From contig NZ_JMCB01000023.1 in the NCBI RefSeq assembly GCF_000737315.1, forward strand, positions 1-64,000: DNA of 64,000 bases, read 5' to 3'. Shown here one piece after another: positions 47,747 through 57,725 of the stretch. The stretch is from Hyalangium minutum. Lineage in GTDB: Bacteria; Myxococcota; Myxococcia; Myxococcales; Myxococcaceae. Under the pieces are notes generated by a model. That model saw only the letters and a program-made list of their open reading frames with translations, did not search any database and was not told where the DNA came from. The position numbers were made by a program, and so were the translations under genes. The stretch's first letter is position 1, and the number at the start of each line of letters is the position of its first letter.

Positions 47747-48217
47747 TTGATGCGTACCCTCGCTGTCGTTGCCCTGCTCCTCGCCACCCTCCCTGCTGCC
47801 GCCAAGCCGTGGCAAGGCATCGAGCCCGGTGTCTCCAAGCGGGAGGACGTGATTCAGAAGTTCAATGAGCCCTCCCGCGTCGTCACCAACAACGACAAGG
47901 AGACCATTGCCTACTTCGGCAAGGAGGCCATCAAGGGCACCACCCAGGCCCAGTTCAAGGTGGACACCGCCACCAAGATCGTCGAGCGCATCGACGTGTT
48001 CCCCGGTCCCATCATCGAAAAGGAGACCATCGAGAACAGCTACGGCCCGGCCTGCCCTAGCGGCCCCGCGCCCGCCAACCCCTGCTACCTGAAGAAGATG
48101 ACCGAGGAGTTCCGCACCTACTTCCTCTACCCCAAGCTGGGCCTGGCCATCTTCTTCAACGAGGACGGCAAGACGGTGCACTCGTTCATCTTCACCACGC
48201 TGAAAGCCGCCAAGTAG
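47747..48217 (+). CDS. Secreted hypothetical protein
   Basis: Signal peptide (PAAA-KPW); GIEPGVSKREDVIQKFNEP. Confidence 0.72.
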   Translation: MMRTLAVVALLLATLPAAAKPWQGIEPGVSKREDVIQKFNEPSRVVTNNDKETIAYFGKEAIKGTTQAQFKVDTATKIVERIDVFPGPIIEKETIENSYGPACPSGPAPANPCYLKKMTEEFRTYFLYPKLGLAIFFNEDGKTVHSFIFTTLKAAK

Positions 48218-48224
48218 GCCCGCC

Positions 48225-48821
48225 GTGGCCCTGTATGGCCTGACCGGAGGCATCGCCTCCGGCAAGAGCACCGTGAGCCGGATGTTCCGGGAGCTGGGGG
48301 CTCACGTGCTGGACGCGGACGTCATCGCCCGCGAAGTCGTGGAGCCTGGCACCCCCGGCCTGGCCGCCGTGGCCGCCCGCTTCCCCGGCGTACTGGGCCC
48401 GGATGGCCGCCTGGATCGAGCGAAGCTCGGCACGCGCGTCTTCGGGGACGCCACCGAGCGCGCTGCCCTCAACGCCATCGTCCACCCCCTGGTCCGCGAG
48501 GCGTTCCTGCACAAGGTACAGGCCCTGGCCGAGCAGGGCGTGGAGCGCATCCTTTATGACGTGCCCCTGCTCATCGAGACGGGGCTGCACACGAACATGG
48601 ACGGCGTGGTGCTGGTCTGGGTGCCGCGCGACGTACAGAAGGCCCGGCTGATGAGCCGGGACGGACTGGACGAGGCGGCGGCGGAGGCTCGCCTGGCTGC
48701 CCAGCTGCCCCTGGATGACAAGCGGCGGTACGCCACCTGGATCGTGGACAACTCGGGAGATCTGGCTTCCACGAGGGCCCAGGTAGAGCAGGTGTGGCAG
48801 GCCATGCTCGCGCGCGGCTGA
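48225..48821 (+). CDS. coaE: Dephospho-CoA kinase
   Basis: GLTGGIASGKST, DADVIAR, DVPLLIE, IVDNSG. Confidence 0.96.
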   Translation: MALYGLTGGIASGKSTVSRMFRELGAHVLDADVIAREVVEPGTPGLAAVAARFPGVLGPDGRLDRAKLGTRVFGDATERAALNAIVHPLVREAFLHKVQALAEQGVERILYDVPLLIETGLHTNMDGVVLVWVPRDVQKARLMSRDGLDEAAAEARLAAQLPLDDKRRYATWIVDNSGDLASTRAQVEQVWQAMLARG

Positions 48822-48844
48822 GTGCCGGGTATGCTGCGCCGCCC

Positions 48845-50026
48845 ATGAGCGAGAAGCGGAAGAAGGCGGAGCGCACCGGACCTGGAACGTACTTCGTCAC
48901 CGGCTACCCCGGGTTCATCGGGAAGCGGCTGGTGGAGCACATCGCGCGCGAGGATCCCCAGGGCCACATCTACGCCCTGGTGCAGCCCAAGATGCTCAAG
49001 GACGCGCAGAAGCATGCGGCCAAGCTCGAGGGCGCGAAGCTGGAGCTGCTCACCGGCGACGCGGTGGACATGCACCTGGGCCTGTCCGGCGAGGAGTACC
49101 AGCGCCTGTGCGAGAAGGTGACGGACATCTTCCACCTGGCCGCCATCTCCACCCTGAGCGCGCCCAAGGAGACGGCGTGGCGGGTGAACGTGGACGGCAC
49201 GCGCAACATGCTGGAGCTGGCGCGCGACTGCCAGCACCTGCGACGCTTCAACTACTTCTCCACCTGCTACGTCTCCGGCGACAGGCTGGGCGTCATCGCC
49301 GAGGACGAGCTCGACCGGGGCCAGAGCTTCCGCAACCCCTACGAGGAGTCCAAGTTCCAAGCGGAGAAGCTCGTCCAGCGCGCCGCCGCCAGCCTGCCCG
49401 TCACCGTCTTCCGGCCGTGCTCGGTGGTGGGCGACTCGCGCACGGGAGAGATCGATCGCTTCGAGGGCCCCTACTACCTGGGCATCCTGCTGGTGACGTC
49501 GCCCATGGTGGTGCCGCTGCCCCTGCCCGGTAACGGCGTGGCGCCCCTTAACGTGGTGCCCGTGGACTACGTGGTGTCCGCCGTGTGGCACATCTCGCGG
49601 GATCCGCGAGGCGTGGGCCGCACCTTCCACCTCGTGGACCCCAACCCCATGAGCGCCCGCCGCGTCTACGAGCTCATTGCCGAGAAGTCCAACCGGAAGC
49701 TGCCGCGCTTCACCCTGCCCTCGCGCGCCGCGGACGTCATGCTGCGCCTGCCCGTGCTGGAGAAGCTGGCCCGGCCCCAGCGCGCCGCCATCAGCTACGT
49801 CAACCACCTGGCCATCTACAACTGCCACAACACCCTGGAGCTGCTGGACGGCACCGGCATCCGCTGCCCGCCCCTGGCCTCATACCTGGATCAGCTCGTC
49901 GCCTACGTGCGCGAGCAGTACCGCAAGCGCCGCGAGAACCTCGAGGTGGAGGATCCGCTCGACCATGCACCCAGCTCCGGCAGTGAAGATAGCTCGCCCG
50001 CTCCCCGTCCCTCCCGCCAGCCATGA
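48845..50026 (+). CDS. Extended SDR (NAD_binding_4/thioester reductase-like)
   Basis: VTGYPGFIG, FHLAA, NVDGT, YEESK, RPCSVVG; start ATG 48845. Confidence 0.88.
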   Translation: MSEKRKKAERTGPGTYFVTGYPGFIGKRLVEHIAREDPQGHIYALVQPKMLKDAQKHAAKLEGAKLELLTGDAVDMHLGLSGEEYQRLCEKVTDIFHLAAISTLSAPKETAWRVNVDGTRNMLELARDCQHLRRFNYFSTCYVSGDRLGVIAEDELDRGQSFRNPYEESKFQAEKLVQRAAASLPVTVFRPCSVVGDSRTGEIDRFEGPYYLGILLVTSPMVVPLPLPGNGVAPLNVVPVDYVVSAVWHISRDPRGVGRTFHLVDPNPMSARRVYELIAEKSNRKLPRFTLPSRAADVMLRLPVLEKLARPQRAAISYVNHLAIYNCHNTLELLDGTGIRCPPLASYLDQLVAYVREQYRKRRENLEVEDPLDHAPSSGSEDSSPAPRPSRQP

Positions 50027-50976
50027 ACCGCGCCCTCCCCCTCCTCGTCCTCCTCGTCGCGGCGCTCCAGGGTGCCGGCTGCGTCGTCAACAGCACCGAC
50101 GAGTCCCCGTGCGATCCCAACCCCTGCAGCCAAGCCAACCGCGGCGTCTGCGTCGAAGAGGCGGGCGAGGCCCGCTGCCTGTGTGACACGGGCTTCATCT
50201 CCCGCCCCAATGGCGTCTGCGAGGCCGCGAGCGCTAGCAACTGCCCCGAGCACTTCGGAGACGCCGCCGAGCCGGATGACTGCCAGGTCCGCGCCCGCCC
50301 GATTGCCAGCAAGAATGTCTCGCTCTCGCAGTCCATCGAGCCCGCGGGTGACTATGACTTCTTCCAGTTCAGCGCCTCGGCCCGGGAGCTCTACTCCATC
50401 AGCGTGCGAGTCGACGGCGGCGCGCTGATGCCCCGGGTGGATGTGTTTGACCAGGGCGGCGTGTGGCTCGACGCCGGCGAGACCGCGGGCCGCACCGACT
50501 TCTTCTTCCGGGCCAACACCGCGTCTATCTACTACGCCCGCGTGAGCCACTCGCCCGTGGATCCCTCCGTGGGCACCGGCGGCTACACCCTCTCCTTCAC
50601 GTCCCTGGGCGAGGAGGACCACGGCAACGCCCCGGACGTGGCCACCGCCATCACCGCGGATCCGCTCAGCACCTCCAGCCCTCGCAGCACGTTCGGCAGC
50701 TTCGAGTACTCCCGCGACGAGGACTGGTTCCGCTTCGAGGGCACCGCGGGCCGCACCTACCGCCTCCTCTTCGATCCCGGCTCGTCCTCCGCCCCGCGCA
50801 TGGTCCCCGCTGCCACGGTCTTCGCGGGCTCCAACCTCCGCCAGCCGCTCGCCGCGTCCCAGGGCACCGAGCTCGTCTTCACCCTGCCCGTCTCCGGCAG
50901 CATCTTCGTCATCCTCACGCCGCCCGCGAGCGCCACCGGCCCGGGAACCTATGCTTTCAACTTCCTCGTGAACTGA
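50023..50976 (+). CDS. Lipoprotein with EGF-like module and two PPC-like domains
   Basis: Lipobox GAGC; CDPNPC...C...CLCDTGF; GDYDFFQF and DEDWFRF. Confidence 0.75.
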   Translation: MNRALPLLVLLVAALQGAGCVVNSTDESPCDPNPCSQANRGVCVEEAGEARCLCDTGFISRPNGVCEAASASNCPEHFGDAAEPDDCQVRARPIASKNVSLSQSIEPAGDYDFFQFSASARELYSISVRVDGGALMPRVDVFDQGGVWLDAGETAGRTDFFFRANTASIYYARVSHSPVDPSVGTGGYTLSFTSLGEEDHGNAPDVATAITADPLSTSSPRSTFGSFEYSRDEDWFRFEGTAGRTYRLLFDPGSSSAPRMVPAATVFAGSNLRQPLAASQGTELVFTLPVSGSIFVILTPPASATGPGTYAFNFLVN

Positions 50977-51424
50977 CTCGGCACGCCCTCTCCATGTGAA
51001 CCCGCACGAGGGGTGAAGCTCTCTTGTCTCGAATTACGAACTAAGCCCTGAACACCTCATTTCAGGACTTGACGGGCTCCCTTAAAAGTTGTTGGGGGCC
51101 CTTTTCATCTTTTCCGTCTCCTGGTTAGCATGCGCCCCCATGCGAACTCTGGGCAGTCAACACTGACAGCCTGAAGTTCATGTCGGGGAGCACAGCGCTT
51201 GGTGGAAACCGTTGACAGCTGGGCTCAGAGGCCCCTGCCGCGCAGCGCCGCTGCTTTCATCGCTCCCCCCTCACGCCATCTCGCCCTGACCGCTTCGCAA
51301 CTCCCGCGGAGCTGTCCCCGCTCCGCCTCATAACCCTGAGAGCCCTCGCCGCCGCGGCGAGTGCCCTCATTTCGCGCCGTAGATGTTCGCAGTAACCCCC
51401 AGAGCAGTCCCAGAAGGAAGACGC

Positions 51425-54400
51425 ATGCGCTTGAAGGAAAAGCTGTTGACCAGTCTGTTGCTGGTGCCCCTCACGGGGACCAGCGCCTGGGCCAAGGACC
51501 GCGTCAACTATGACGCGTTCCTCGCAAGCCCGGAGGCCAAAGGCCTGCCCGCCACCGAGCAGCAGCTCCAGGCTCGCGGAGCCCGCGTAGAGCTGATGGA
51601 GGAGCGGCTCGGCCTGCCGACGGTCCTGTGGAATGAGCAGCTCGGCGCGCAGAGCGCCAGCACCCTGGCCACGCTTCGCCCGGATCAGGCCGCGCGTGCG
51701 CACCTGCAGAAGTTCGCGGACCTGTACCGGCTGACGACGGAGGACATCTCTGGCGCCACCCTCAACTCCGTGCACCAGACGGAGTTCGGCCCCCTCATCG
51801 CCCGCTTTGGCCAGAAGGTCGGCGGCATCGAGGTGTTCCGCAGCGGCGTCAACGTGGTGATGGACCGCAAGAACAACCTGGTCGCCATCACCGGCTACCT
51901 CACCCCGCATGAGGCGGTGGCCGCGCGCCTGCGCAGCGTGGGCACGGACTTCCCGCTGAGCGCCGCGGACGCCAGCGCGCGCGCCTTCAAGGATCTGACG
52001 GGCACCGCCATCAGCGGCCGCTCGCTGGTGGCCACTGGCACCCAGGCGGACTTCACGCACCTGGCCTTCGAGCCGGGCGTCAGCACCGTGCTGCCGCACG
52101 CGATGGGCACCCCCATCCGCGTCAAGAAGGTCTACTACACCCTGCCGGACGGCCTGCAGCCCGCGTACTACCTGGAGCTCAGCGTCGGCACCAAGAGCAC
52201 CAAGGACTCGGAGTACTACTCCTACGTCGTGTCCGCCACGGACGGCACGGTGCTGTTCCGCAACAACCTGACCGCAGACGCCGCGTTCACCTACCGCGTG
52301 TGGGCGGACCCCTCGACGTACATCCCGTACGACGGCCCCATGGGCAACGATCCCACCCCGCACCCCACGGGCACTCCGGACCGCTACCAGGCGCCGTACA
52401 TCCCGGCCAACGTGCTCACCCTGCAGAACGTCCCGTTCAGCCGCAATGACGCGTGGCTGCCCAACGGGGCCACGCAGACCACGGGCAACAACGCGGACGC
52501 CTACGTGGACCTGGGCGCGCCGGACGGCTACCAGCCCGAGACGGACCTGCGTCCGGGCACCACCGCGCCGGGTGTGTTCGACTACACGTATGACGTGACG
52601 AAGTCGCCGGCCTTCAGCATCAACCAGCGCAAGGCGGCCACCGTCCACCTGTTCTACCTGAACAACTTCCTGCACGACTGGTTCTACGACTCCGGCTTCG
52701 ATGAGGCCGCGGGTAACGCGCAGGCCCAGAACTTCGGGCGCGGCGGTCTCGAGAACGACAGCATCAAGGCCGAGGCCCAGGACTACGGCGGCCGCAACAA
52801 CGCCAACATGTCCACCCCGTCCGACGGTGCGCGGCCCCGCATGCAGATGTACATCTTCGACGGCGTGCCGGCCCTGCAGGTGCTGGGTCCGGCCAGCCAG
52901 GCGGGCTACCAGGACGCGGGCAGCGCCTCGTTCGGCCCGACGATCTTCGACCAGACGGGCGATGTGAAGATCCTCGATCCGGCAGGCACGACGCTCGGCT
53001 GCACTGCGTTCCCCGCCGGAACGTTCACCGGCAAGGTGGCGGTGATCGATCGTGGCACCTGTGACTTCAACGTGAAGGCGCAGAACGCGCAGACCGCGGG
53101 CGCCGTGGCGGTGCTCATCGCCAACAACGCCGCCAACCAGGCGGCCCCCGGCCTGGGTGGCACGAACCCCCTCGTCACCGTCCCGACGATGTCCATCACC
53201 CTGGAGACGGCCAACGCCTGGAAGAACGAGGTCCGCACCAACGGCTCCACCATCTCGGTGAGGATGACGAAGACGGCGGATCTGGACCGCGACGGCACCA
53301 TCGACAACGCCATCGTGGCGCACGAGTGGGGCCACTACATCAGCAACCGCCTCGTGGGTAACTCCAACGGCCTCATCAACAACGCGGGCCGCTCCCTGGG
53401 CGAGGGCTGGGGCGACTTCCACGCCATGCTCATGGTGGTGCAGGAGGCGGACCGCAACCGTGCGGGCAACAGCCAGTTCCAGGGCGTGTACGCCATGGCC
53501 GGCTACACCTCGAGCGGTGGCGCCAACAACGGCAACTACTTCGGTATCCGCCGCGTCCCGTACTCGACGGACCTGAACAAGAACGGGCTGACCTACAAGC
53601 ACTTCGCCAACGGCAACGCGCTGCCCACCAACCACCCCATCCAGGGTGTCGTCACGGGCGCGGGTAACTCCGAGGTCCACAACGCCGGCGAGGTGTGGGC
53701 GACGATGCTGTGGGAGTGCTACGCGTCGCTGCTCAACGCCTACCCGTTCCAGGAGGCGCAGAGCCGCATGAAGCAGTACCTGGTGGCCGCCTACAAGGCG
53801 ACCCCCATCGCCCCGACGCTGCTGGAGGCGCGCGACGCGGTGCTGGCCGTGGCGGCGGCCTCGGATCCCGCGGACTACGCCCGGTTCGCCGCGGCCTTCG
53901 CCAAGCGCGGCGCGGGCTTCGGCGCCAAGTCCGGCGACCGCAACTCGGTGGACCACGTGGGTGTGGTGGAGAGCTTCTCCGCGGGTAGCAACCTCGAGGT
54001 CACCAGCATCCGCCTGGATGACTCCGCCACCGCCTGCGACGCGGACGGCGTGCTGGACGTGGGTGAGGTCGGCCTGCTGACCGTGACGGTGCGCAACAGC
54101 GGCGACACGGTGCTGAGCTCCTTCAGCGGCACGGTGACCGCCAGCGGCGCCACCGCGACGATCCAGTTCCCCAGCGGCAACACGCTGATCTTCCCGTCGC
54201 TGCCGCGCAACGGCACCGCCACTCGCACGATTCAGGTCCGCCTGAACTCCGTCACGGGCACCGCGCCCCGCGCCGGCCTGAGCATCGCCTTCAACGAGCC
54301 CTCGCTGCCCGCCGCCTCGAGGACGGCCAGCTACAACGCCCGCGTCCACTACGACGAGGTGCTGAACAACTCCGTCTCGGACACCTTCGAGAGCTCGCTG

Positions 54401-57400
54401 TCCGCCTGGACGTACACCAACTACGGCCGCCTGCCGGGCTTCGGCATCGCGACGGAAGTGGTCTCTGGCACGCCCAACCGCTACCTCCACGTGGCGGATC
54501 ACGGCGTCCTGTCGGACACGCTCGTCACCTCGCCGTGGTTCACCGTGAACGCGACGGGCAACTTCATCCTCACGTACAGGTACCGCATGTCCCTGGAGGG
54601 AACTCCGGGTGGCTCGGGCCTGGCGGCTCCGTTCTATGACGGCGTGGTGCTCGAGTGGACCGACGACGGTATCAACTGGTACGACAGCTTCAACGATCTC
54701 GGCCGGAACCCGGGCTACGCCGCGTACCTGGCGATTGGTGACAACCCGCTGTCGGATCGCCCGGCTTTCGTGGGCACCAACGCGGCCTTCCCGGGCTGGA
54801 CGAGTGGCGGCGTCAACATGGGCACCATCCTCGCCGGGGGGAGCTTCCGCTTCCGCTTCCGCATCGGCACCGACAGCGAGGCCGGCGCGTACGGCTTCGA
54901 CCTGGACGATGTGGCGCTCACCAACGTGAGCAGCACGCCGTTCGGCGCTCTGGTCACCGAGACCAGCGACGGGAACACGTGCAACCGCCGCCCGGTGGCC
55001 GACGCGGGCCTGAACCGCACGGTGACCGAGCGTGATGCCTCGGGCAACCTCGCGACCATCTCCCTGAACGGCACCGGCAGCTTCGATCCGGACGGACAGG
55101 CGCTCACCTACGCGTGGACGCAGGTGTCGGGCCCGGCCGTGACGATCAACAACCCGACCTCCGCCACGCCCTCCTTCACCGCGGACGTGGAGTTGGACAC
55201 CCTGTTCACGTTCCAGCTCGTCGTCAGCGACGGCACGGACTCGAGCCTCCCGAAGCAGGTGCAGATCGGCGTCGTCAACAGCAACCGCGCGCCGGTGGCC
55301 CTGATCACCGGCCCGGCCACGGTGGCCGAGCGCAGCCAGGACACCATCACGCTGGATGGCAGCACCTCGTCGGATGTGGATGGCGAGCCTCTCACCTACC
55401 AGTGGAGCCAGACGGGCGGTGAGCCCCTGAACATCGCCGACCTGACCAGCCCCACGCTGTCCTTCCGCACCCCCGAAGTGACCGCGGACACCGCGTACCA
55501 GTTCTCGCTCGTGGTGAACGATGGCTACGTGAACAGCACCGCGGCCACCTTCACCGTGACGGTGACCAACGTGGATCGCGCGCCCAGCGCGAACGCGGGC
55601 GCGGACCAGACGGTGGATGGCCGCACGGCCGTCACCCTGTCCGGCAGCGGCGCGGATGAGGACGGGGACGACCTCAGCTACGCCTGGACCCAGAACGCCA
55701 GCGACGCGGTTCAGGTCACCCTGGCCGGCGCGGACACCACCACCGCCACCTTCACCTCTCCGGATGTGAAGACGGCGACGACGCTGCACTTCACCCTCAC
55801 CGTGAGCGCCAACGGGCAGTCCGCCACCGACGAGGTGGCGATCACTGTCCGCCCGGACAAGGCCCCCGCCGTCAACGCCGGCGTGGACCAGCTCGCCAAC
55901 GGCCGCTCGTCGGTGACGCTGTACGGCAGCGCCTCGGATCCGGAGGATGACGCGATCACCTACCAGTGGACCCAGGCTGGTGCGGATCTGGCCCAGGTCG
56001 TCCTCACCGGCGCGAACACCGCCACGGCCACCTTCACCTCTCCGGACGTGAAGATCGAGACGGTGCTGCACTTCACCCTCACCGTCACCGCCAACGGCCT
56101 GAGCGCCTCGGATGACGTGACGGTGACGGTGCGCGCGGACGGGGCTCCGGTGGCCAACGCCGGCGCGGACCGGACCGTGAACTCCGCGGACAGCGTCACG
56201 CTCCAGGGCTTCGGCAGCGACCCGGAGAACGACTCGGTCGCCTACGCGTGGACCCAGGAGAGCGGCCCCTCCGTCACCCTCACGGGTGCGAACACCGCTA
56301 CTCCTTCCTTCACCGCTCCGAACACGAGCAGCGGTACCAGCCTGGTGTTCAAGCTCACCATCACCGCCAATGGCCTGAGCGCCACGGACACCGTCACCGT
56401 CACCGTCAGCGCGAACCGCGCTCCCACGGCCAATGCCGGTGCGGACCGGACCGTGAACGCCGGTAACAGCGTCACGCTCCAGGGCTTCGGCAGCGACCCG
56501 GAGAACGACGCGCTCACCTACGCGTGGACTCAGGAGAGCGGCTCCTCCGTCACCCTCACGGGCGCGGACACGGCCACTCCGTCCTTCACCGCTCCGAACA
56601 CGAGCACGAGCGCCACCCTGGTGTTCAAGCTCACCGTCACCGCCAACGGCCAGAGCGCCACGGACACCGTCTCCATCACCGTCAACGCTCGCGAGGATGG
56701 CGCCCCGGTGGCCAACGCCGGCGCGGACCGCTCCGTGGTGTCCCGCGATACGGTCACGCTCCAGGGCTTCGGCAGCGATCCGGAGAACGACGCGCTCACC
56801 TACGCGTGGACCCAGGAGAGCGGCCCCTCCGTCACCCTCGAGGGTGCGGGCACGGCCACGCCGTCCTTCACCGCTCCGAACACCAAGGAGGAGATCGTGC
56901 TGGTCTTCAAGCTCACGATCACCGCCAACGGCCAGAGCGCCACGGACACCGTCTCCATCACCGTGAAGAAGTTCAACCGCCGCCCGGAGGCCAAGGCCTC
57001 GACCGCCGCCGAGACGAACGAGGGCACGGCGGTCACTCTGGATGCGAGCGAGAGCACGGATCCGGATGAGGACGCGCTGACCTACACCTGGGTGCAGACC
57101 GGTGGTCCGGCCGTGCAGTTGGAGGGGAGCAACACCTCCAAGCCCACGTTCACCGCTCCGCAGGTCTCCTCGGACACGACGCTGTCGTTCAATCTGGTGG
57201 TCACTGACGCGGACGGCGCCAAGTCGGACGTGGTCTCGGTCTCCATCAAGGTGGTCAACGTCAACAAGGCTCCCGTGGCCGACGCCCGCAAGCTCGCCGG
57301 CGGCGAGGGCAAGCAGTCCGTGACGCTGGACGCGTCGCTCTCCAGCGATGCGGACGGCGACAAGCTGACCTACAAGTGGGAGCAGACGGCGGGTGAGACG

Positions 57401-57658
57401 GTGTCGCTCTCCTCCGACAAGGAGCCGAGCGTCACCTTCACGGCGCCAGACGTGAAGAGCAACACCACCCTCACCTTCAAGGTCACGGTCACCGACTCGC
57501 ACGGTGCCTCGTCCACGAAGGAAGTGCAGGTGGAGATCACCCCGGCGAAGTCCGAGGGTGGCTGCGCCAGCACCGGTAACAGCTCCGGTGGCGCCATGCT
57601 GCTCGCGGCCCTGGCGGGTCTGTTCCTGTCCCGCCGCCGCTTCACGCTCCGCGCCTAG
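51425..57658 (+). CDS. MYXO-CTERM M36 (fungalysin) metallopeptidase with PA domain and PKD-like repeats
   Basis: Signal peptide; FTP/PepSY-like propeptide; DNNANM-like NNANM; PA domain (IDRGTCDF..KAQNAQTAGA); HEWGH...EGWGD; EVHNAGEVW; C-terminal GGCAS...LLAALAGLFLSRRR. Confidence 0.93.
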   Translation: MRLKEKLLTSLLLVPLTGTSAWAKDRVNYDAFLASPEAKGLPATEQQLQARGARVELMEERLGLPTVLWNEQLGAQSASTLATLRPDQAARAHLQKFADLYRLTTEDISGATLNSVHQTEFGPLIARFGQKVGGIEVFRSGVNVVMDRKNNLVAITGYLTPHEAVAARLRSVGTDFPLSAADASARAFKDLTGTAISGRSLVATGTQADFTHLAFEPGVSTVLPHAMGTPIRVKKVYYTLPDGLQPAYYLELSVGTKSTKDSEYYSYVVSATDGTVLFRNNLTADAAFTYRVWADPSTYIPYDGPMGNDPTPHPTGTPDRYQAPYIPANVLTLQNVPFSRNDAWLPNGATQTTGNNADAYVDLGAPDGYQPETDLRPGTTAPGVFDYTYDVTKSPAFSINQRKAATVHLFYLNNFLHDWFYDSGFDEAAGNAQAQNFGRGGLENDSIKAEAQDYGGRNNANMSTPSDGARPRMQMYIFDGVPALQVLGPASQAGYQDAGSASFGPTIFDQTGDVKILDPAGTTLGCTAFPAGTFTGKVAVIDRGTCDFNVKAQNAQTAGAVAVLIANNAANQAAPGLGGTNPLVTVPTMSITLETANAWKNEVRTNGSTISVRMTKTADLDRDGTIDNAIVAHEWGHYISNRLVGNSNGLINNAGRSLGEGWGDFHAMLMVVQEADRNRAGNSQFQGVYAMAGYTSSGGANNGNYFGIRRVPYSTDLNKNGLTYKHFANGNALPTNHPIQGVVTGAGNSEVHNAGEVWATMLWECYASLLNAYPFQEAQSRMKQYLVAAYKATPIAPTLLEARDAVLAVAAASDPADYARFAAAFAKRGAGFGAKSGDRNSVDHVGVVESFSAGSNLEVTSIRLDDSATACDADGVLDVGEVGLLTVTVRNSGDTVLSSFSGTVTASGATATIQFPSGNTLIFPSLPRNGTATRTIQVRLNSVTGTAPRAGLSIAFNEPSLPAASRTASYNARVHYDEVLNNSVSDTFESSLSAWTYTNYGRLPGFGIATEVVSGTPNRYLHVADHGVLSDTLVTSPWFTVNATGNFILTYRYRMSLEGTPGGSGLAAPFYDGVVLEWTDDGINWYDSFNDLGRNPGYAAYLAIGDNPLSDRPAFVGTNAAFPGWTSGGVNMGTILAGGSFRFRFRIGTDSEAGAYGFDLDDVALTNVSSTPFGALVTETSDGNTCNRRPVADAGLNRTVTERDASGNLATISLNGTGSFDPDGQALTYAWTQVSGPAVTINNPTSATPSFTADVELDTLFTFQLVVSDGTDSSLPKQVQIGVVNSNRAPVALITGPATVAERSQDTITLDGSTSSDVDGEPLTYQWSQTGGEPLNIADLTSPTLSFRTPEVTADTAYQFSLVVNDGYVNSTAATFTVTVTNVDRAPSANAGADQTVDGRTAVTLSGSGADEDGDDLSYAWTQNASDAVQVTLAGADTTTATFTSPDVKTATTLHFTLTVSANGQSATDEVAITVRPDKAPAVNAGVDQLANGRSSVTLYGSASDPEDDAITYQWTQAGADLAQVVLTGANTATATFTSPDVKIETVLHFTLTVTANGLSASDDVTVTVRADGAPVANAGADRTVNSADSVTLQGFGSDPENDSVAYAWTQESGPSVTLTGANTATPSFTAPNTSSGTSLVFKLTITANGLSATDTVTVTVSANRAPTANAGADRTVNAGNSVTLQGFGSDPENDALTYAWTQESGSSVTLTGADTATPSFTAPNTSTSATLVFKLTVTANGQSATDTVSITVNAREDGAPVANAGADRSVVSRDTVTLQGFGSDPENDALTYAWTQESGPSVTLEGAGTATPSFTAPNTKEEIVLVFKLTITANGQSATDTVSITVKKFNRRPEAKASTAAETNEGTAVTLDASESTDPDEDALTYTWVQTGGPAVQLEGSNTSKPTFTAPQVSSDTTLSFNLVVTDADGAKSDVVSVSIKVVNVNKAPVADARKLAGGEGKQSVTLDASLSSDADGDKLTYKWEQTAGETVSLSSDKEPSVTFTAPDVKSNTTLTFKVTVTDSHGASSTKEVQVEITPAKSEGGCASTGNSSGGAMLLAALAGLFLSRRRFTLRA
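54983..57543 (+). repeat. Nine tandem ~92-98-aa PKD/Ig-like repeats in the M36 gene
   Basis: N.AP.A.AG.D.TV...VTL.G..SD...D.LTY.WTQ..G..V.L.......P.FT.P units; DNA periods of 282, 276 and 282 bp measured. Confidence 0.9.
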
Positions 57659-57683
57659 TCCGGGCGGAACCGTGTAGCTGACT

Positions 57684-57716
57684 GAGGGGCGGCCTCCGGG
57701 CCGCCCCTCTTCTTTT
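57684..57716 (+). terminator. Intrinsic terminator after the M36 gene
   Basis: Perfect 11-bp stem GAGGGGCGGCC/GGCCGCCCCTC, loop TCCG, then TTCTTTT. Confidence 0.85.
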
Positions 57717-57725
57717 GAGGGATGC

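Noticed and set aside
51257-57502. 2081-aa antisense ORF opposite the M36 gene
   Set aside because: Shadow ORF: strong GC3 bias and repeats on the sense strand remove antisense stops; no motifs, RBS or plausible composition
54983-57543. CRISPR-like array
   Set aside because: Periods are 276-282 bp, in frame and protein-coding; no short repeat/spacer pattern and no cas genes
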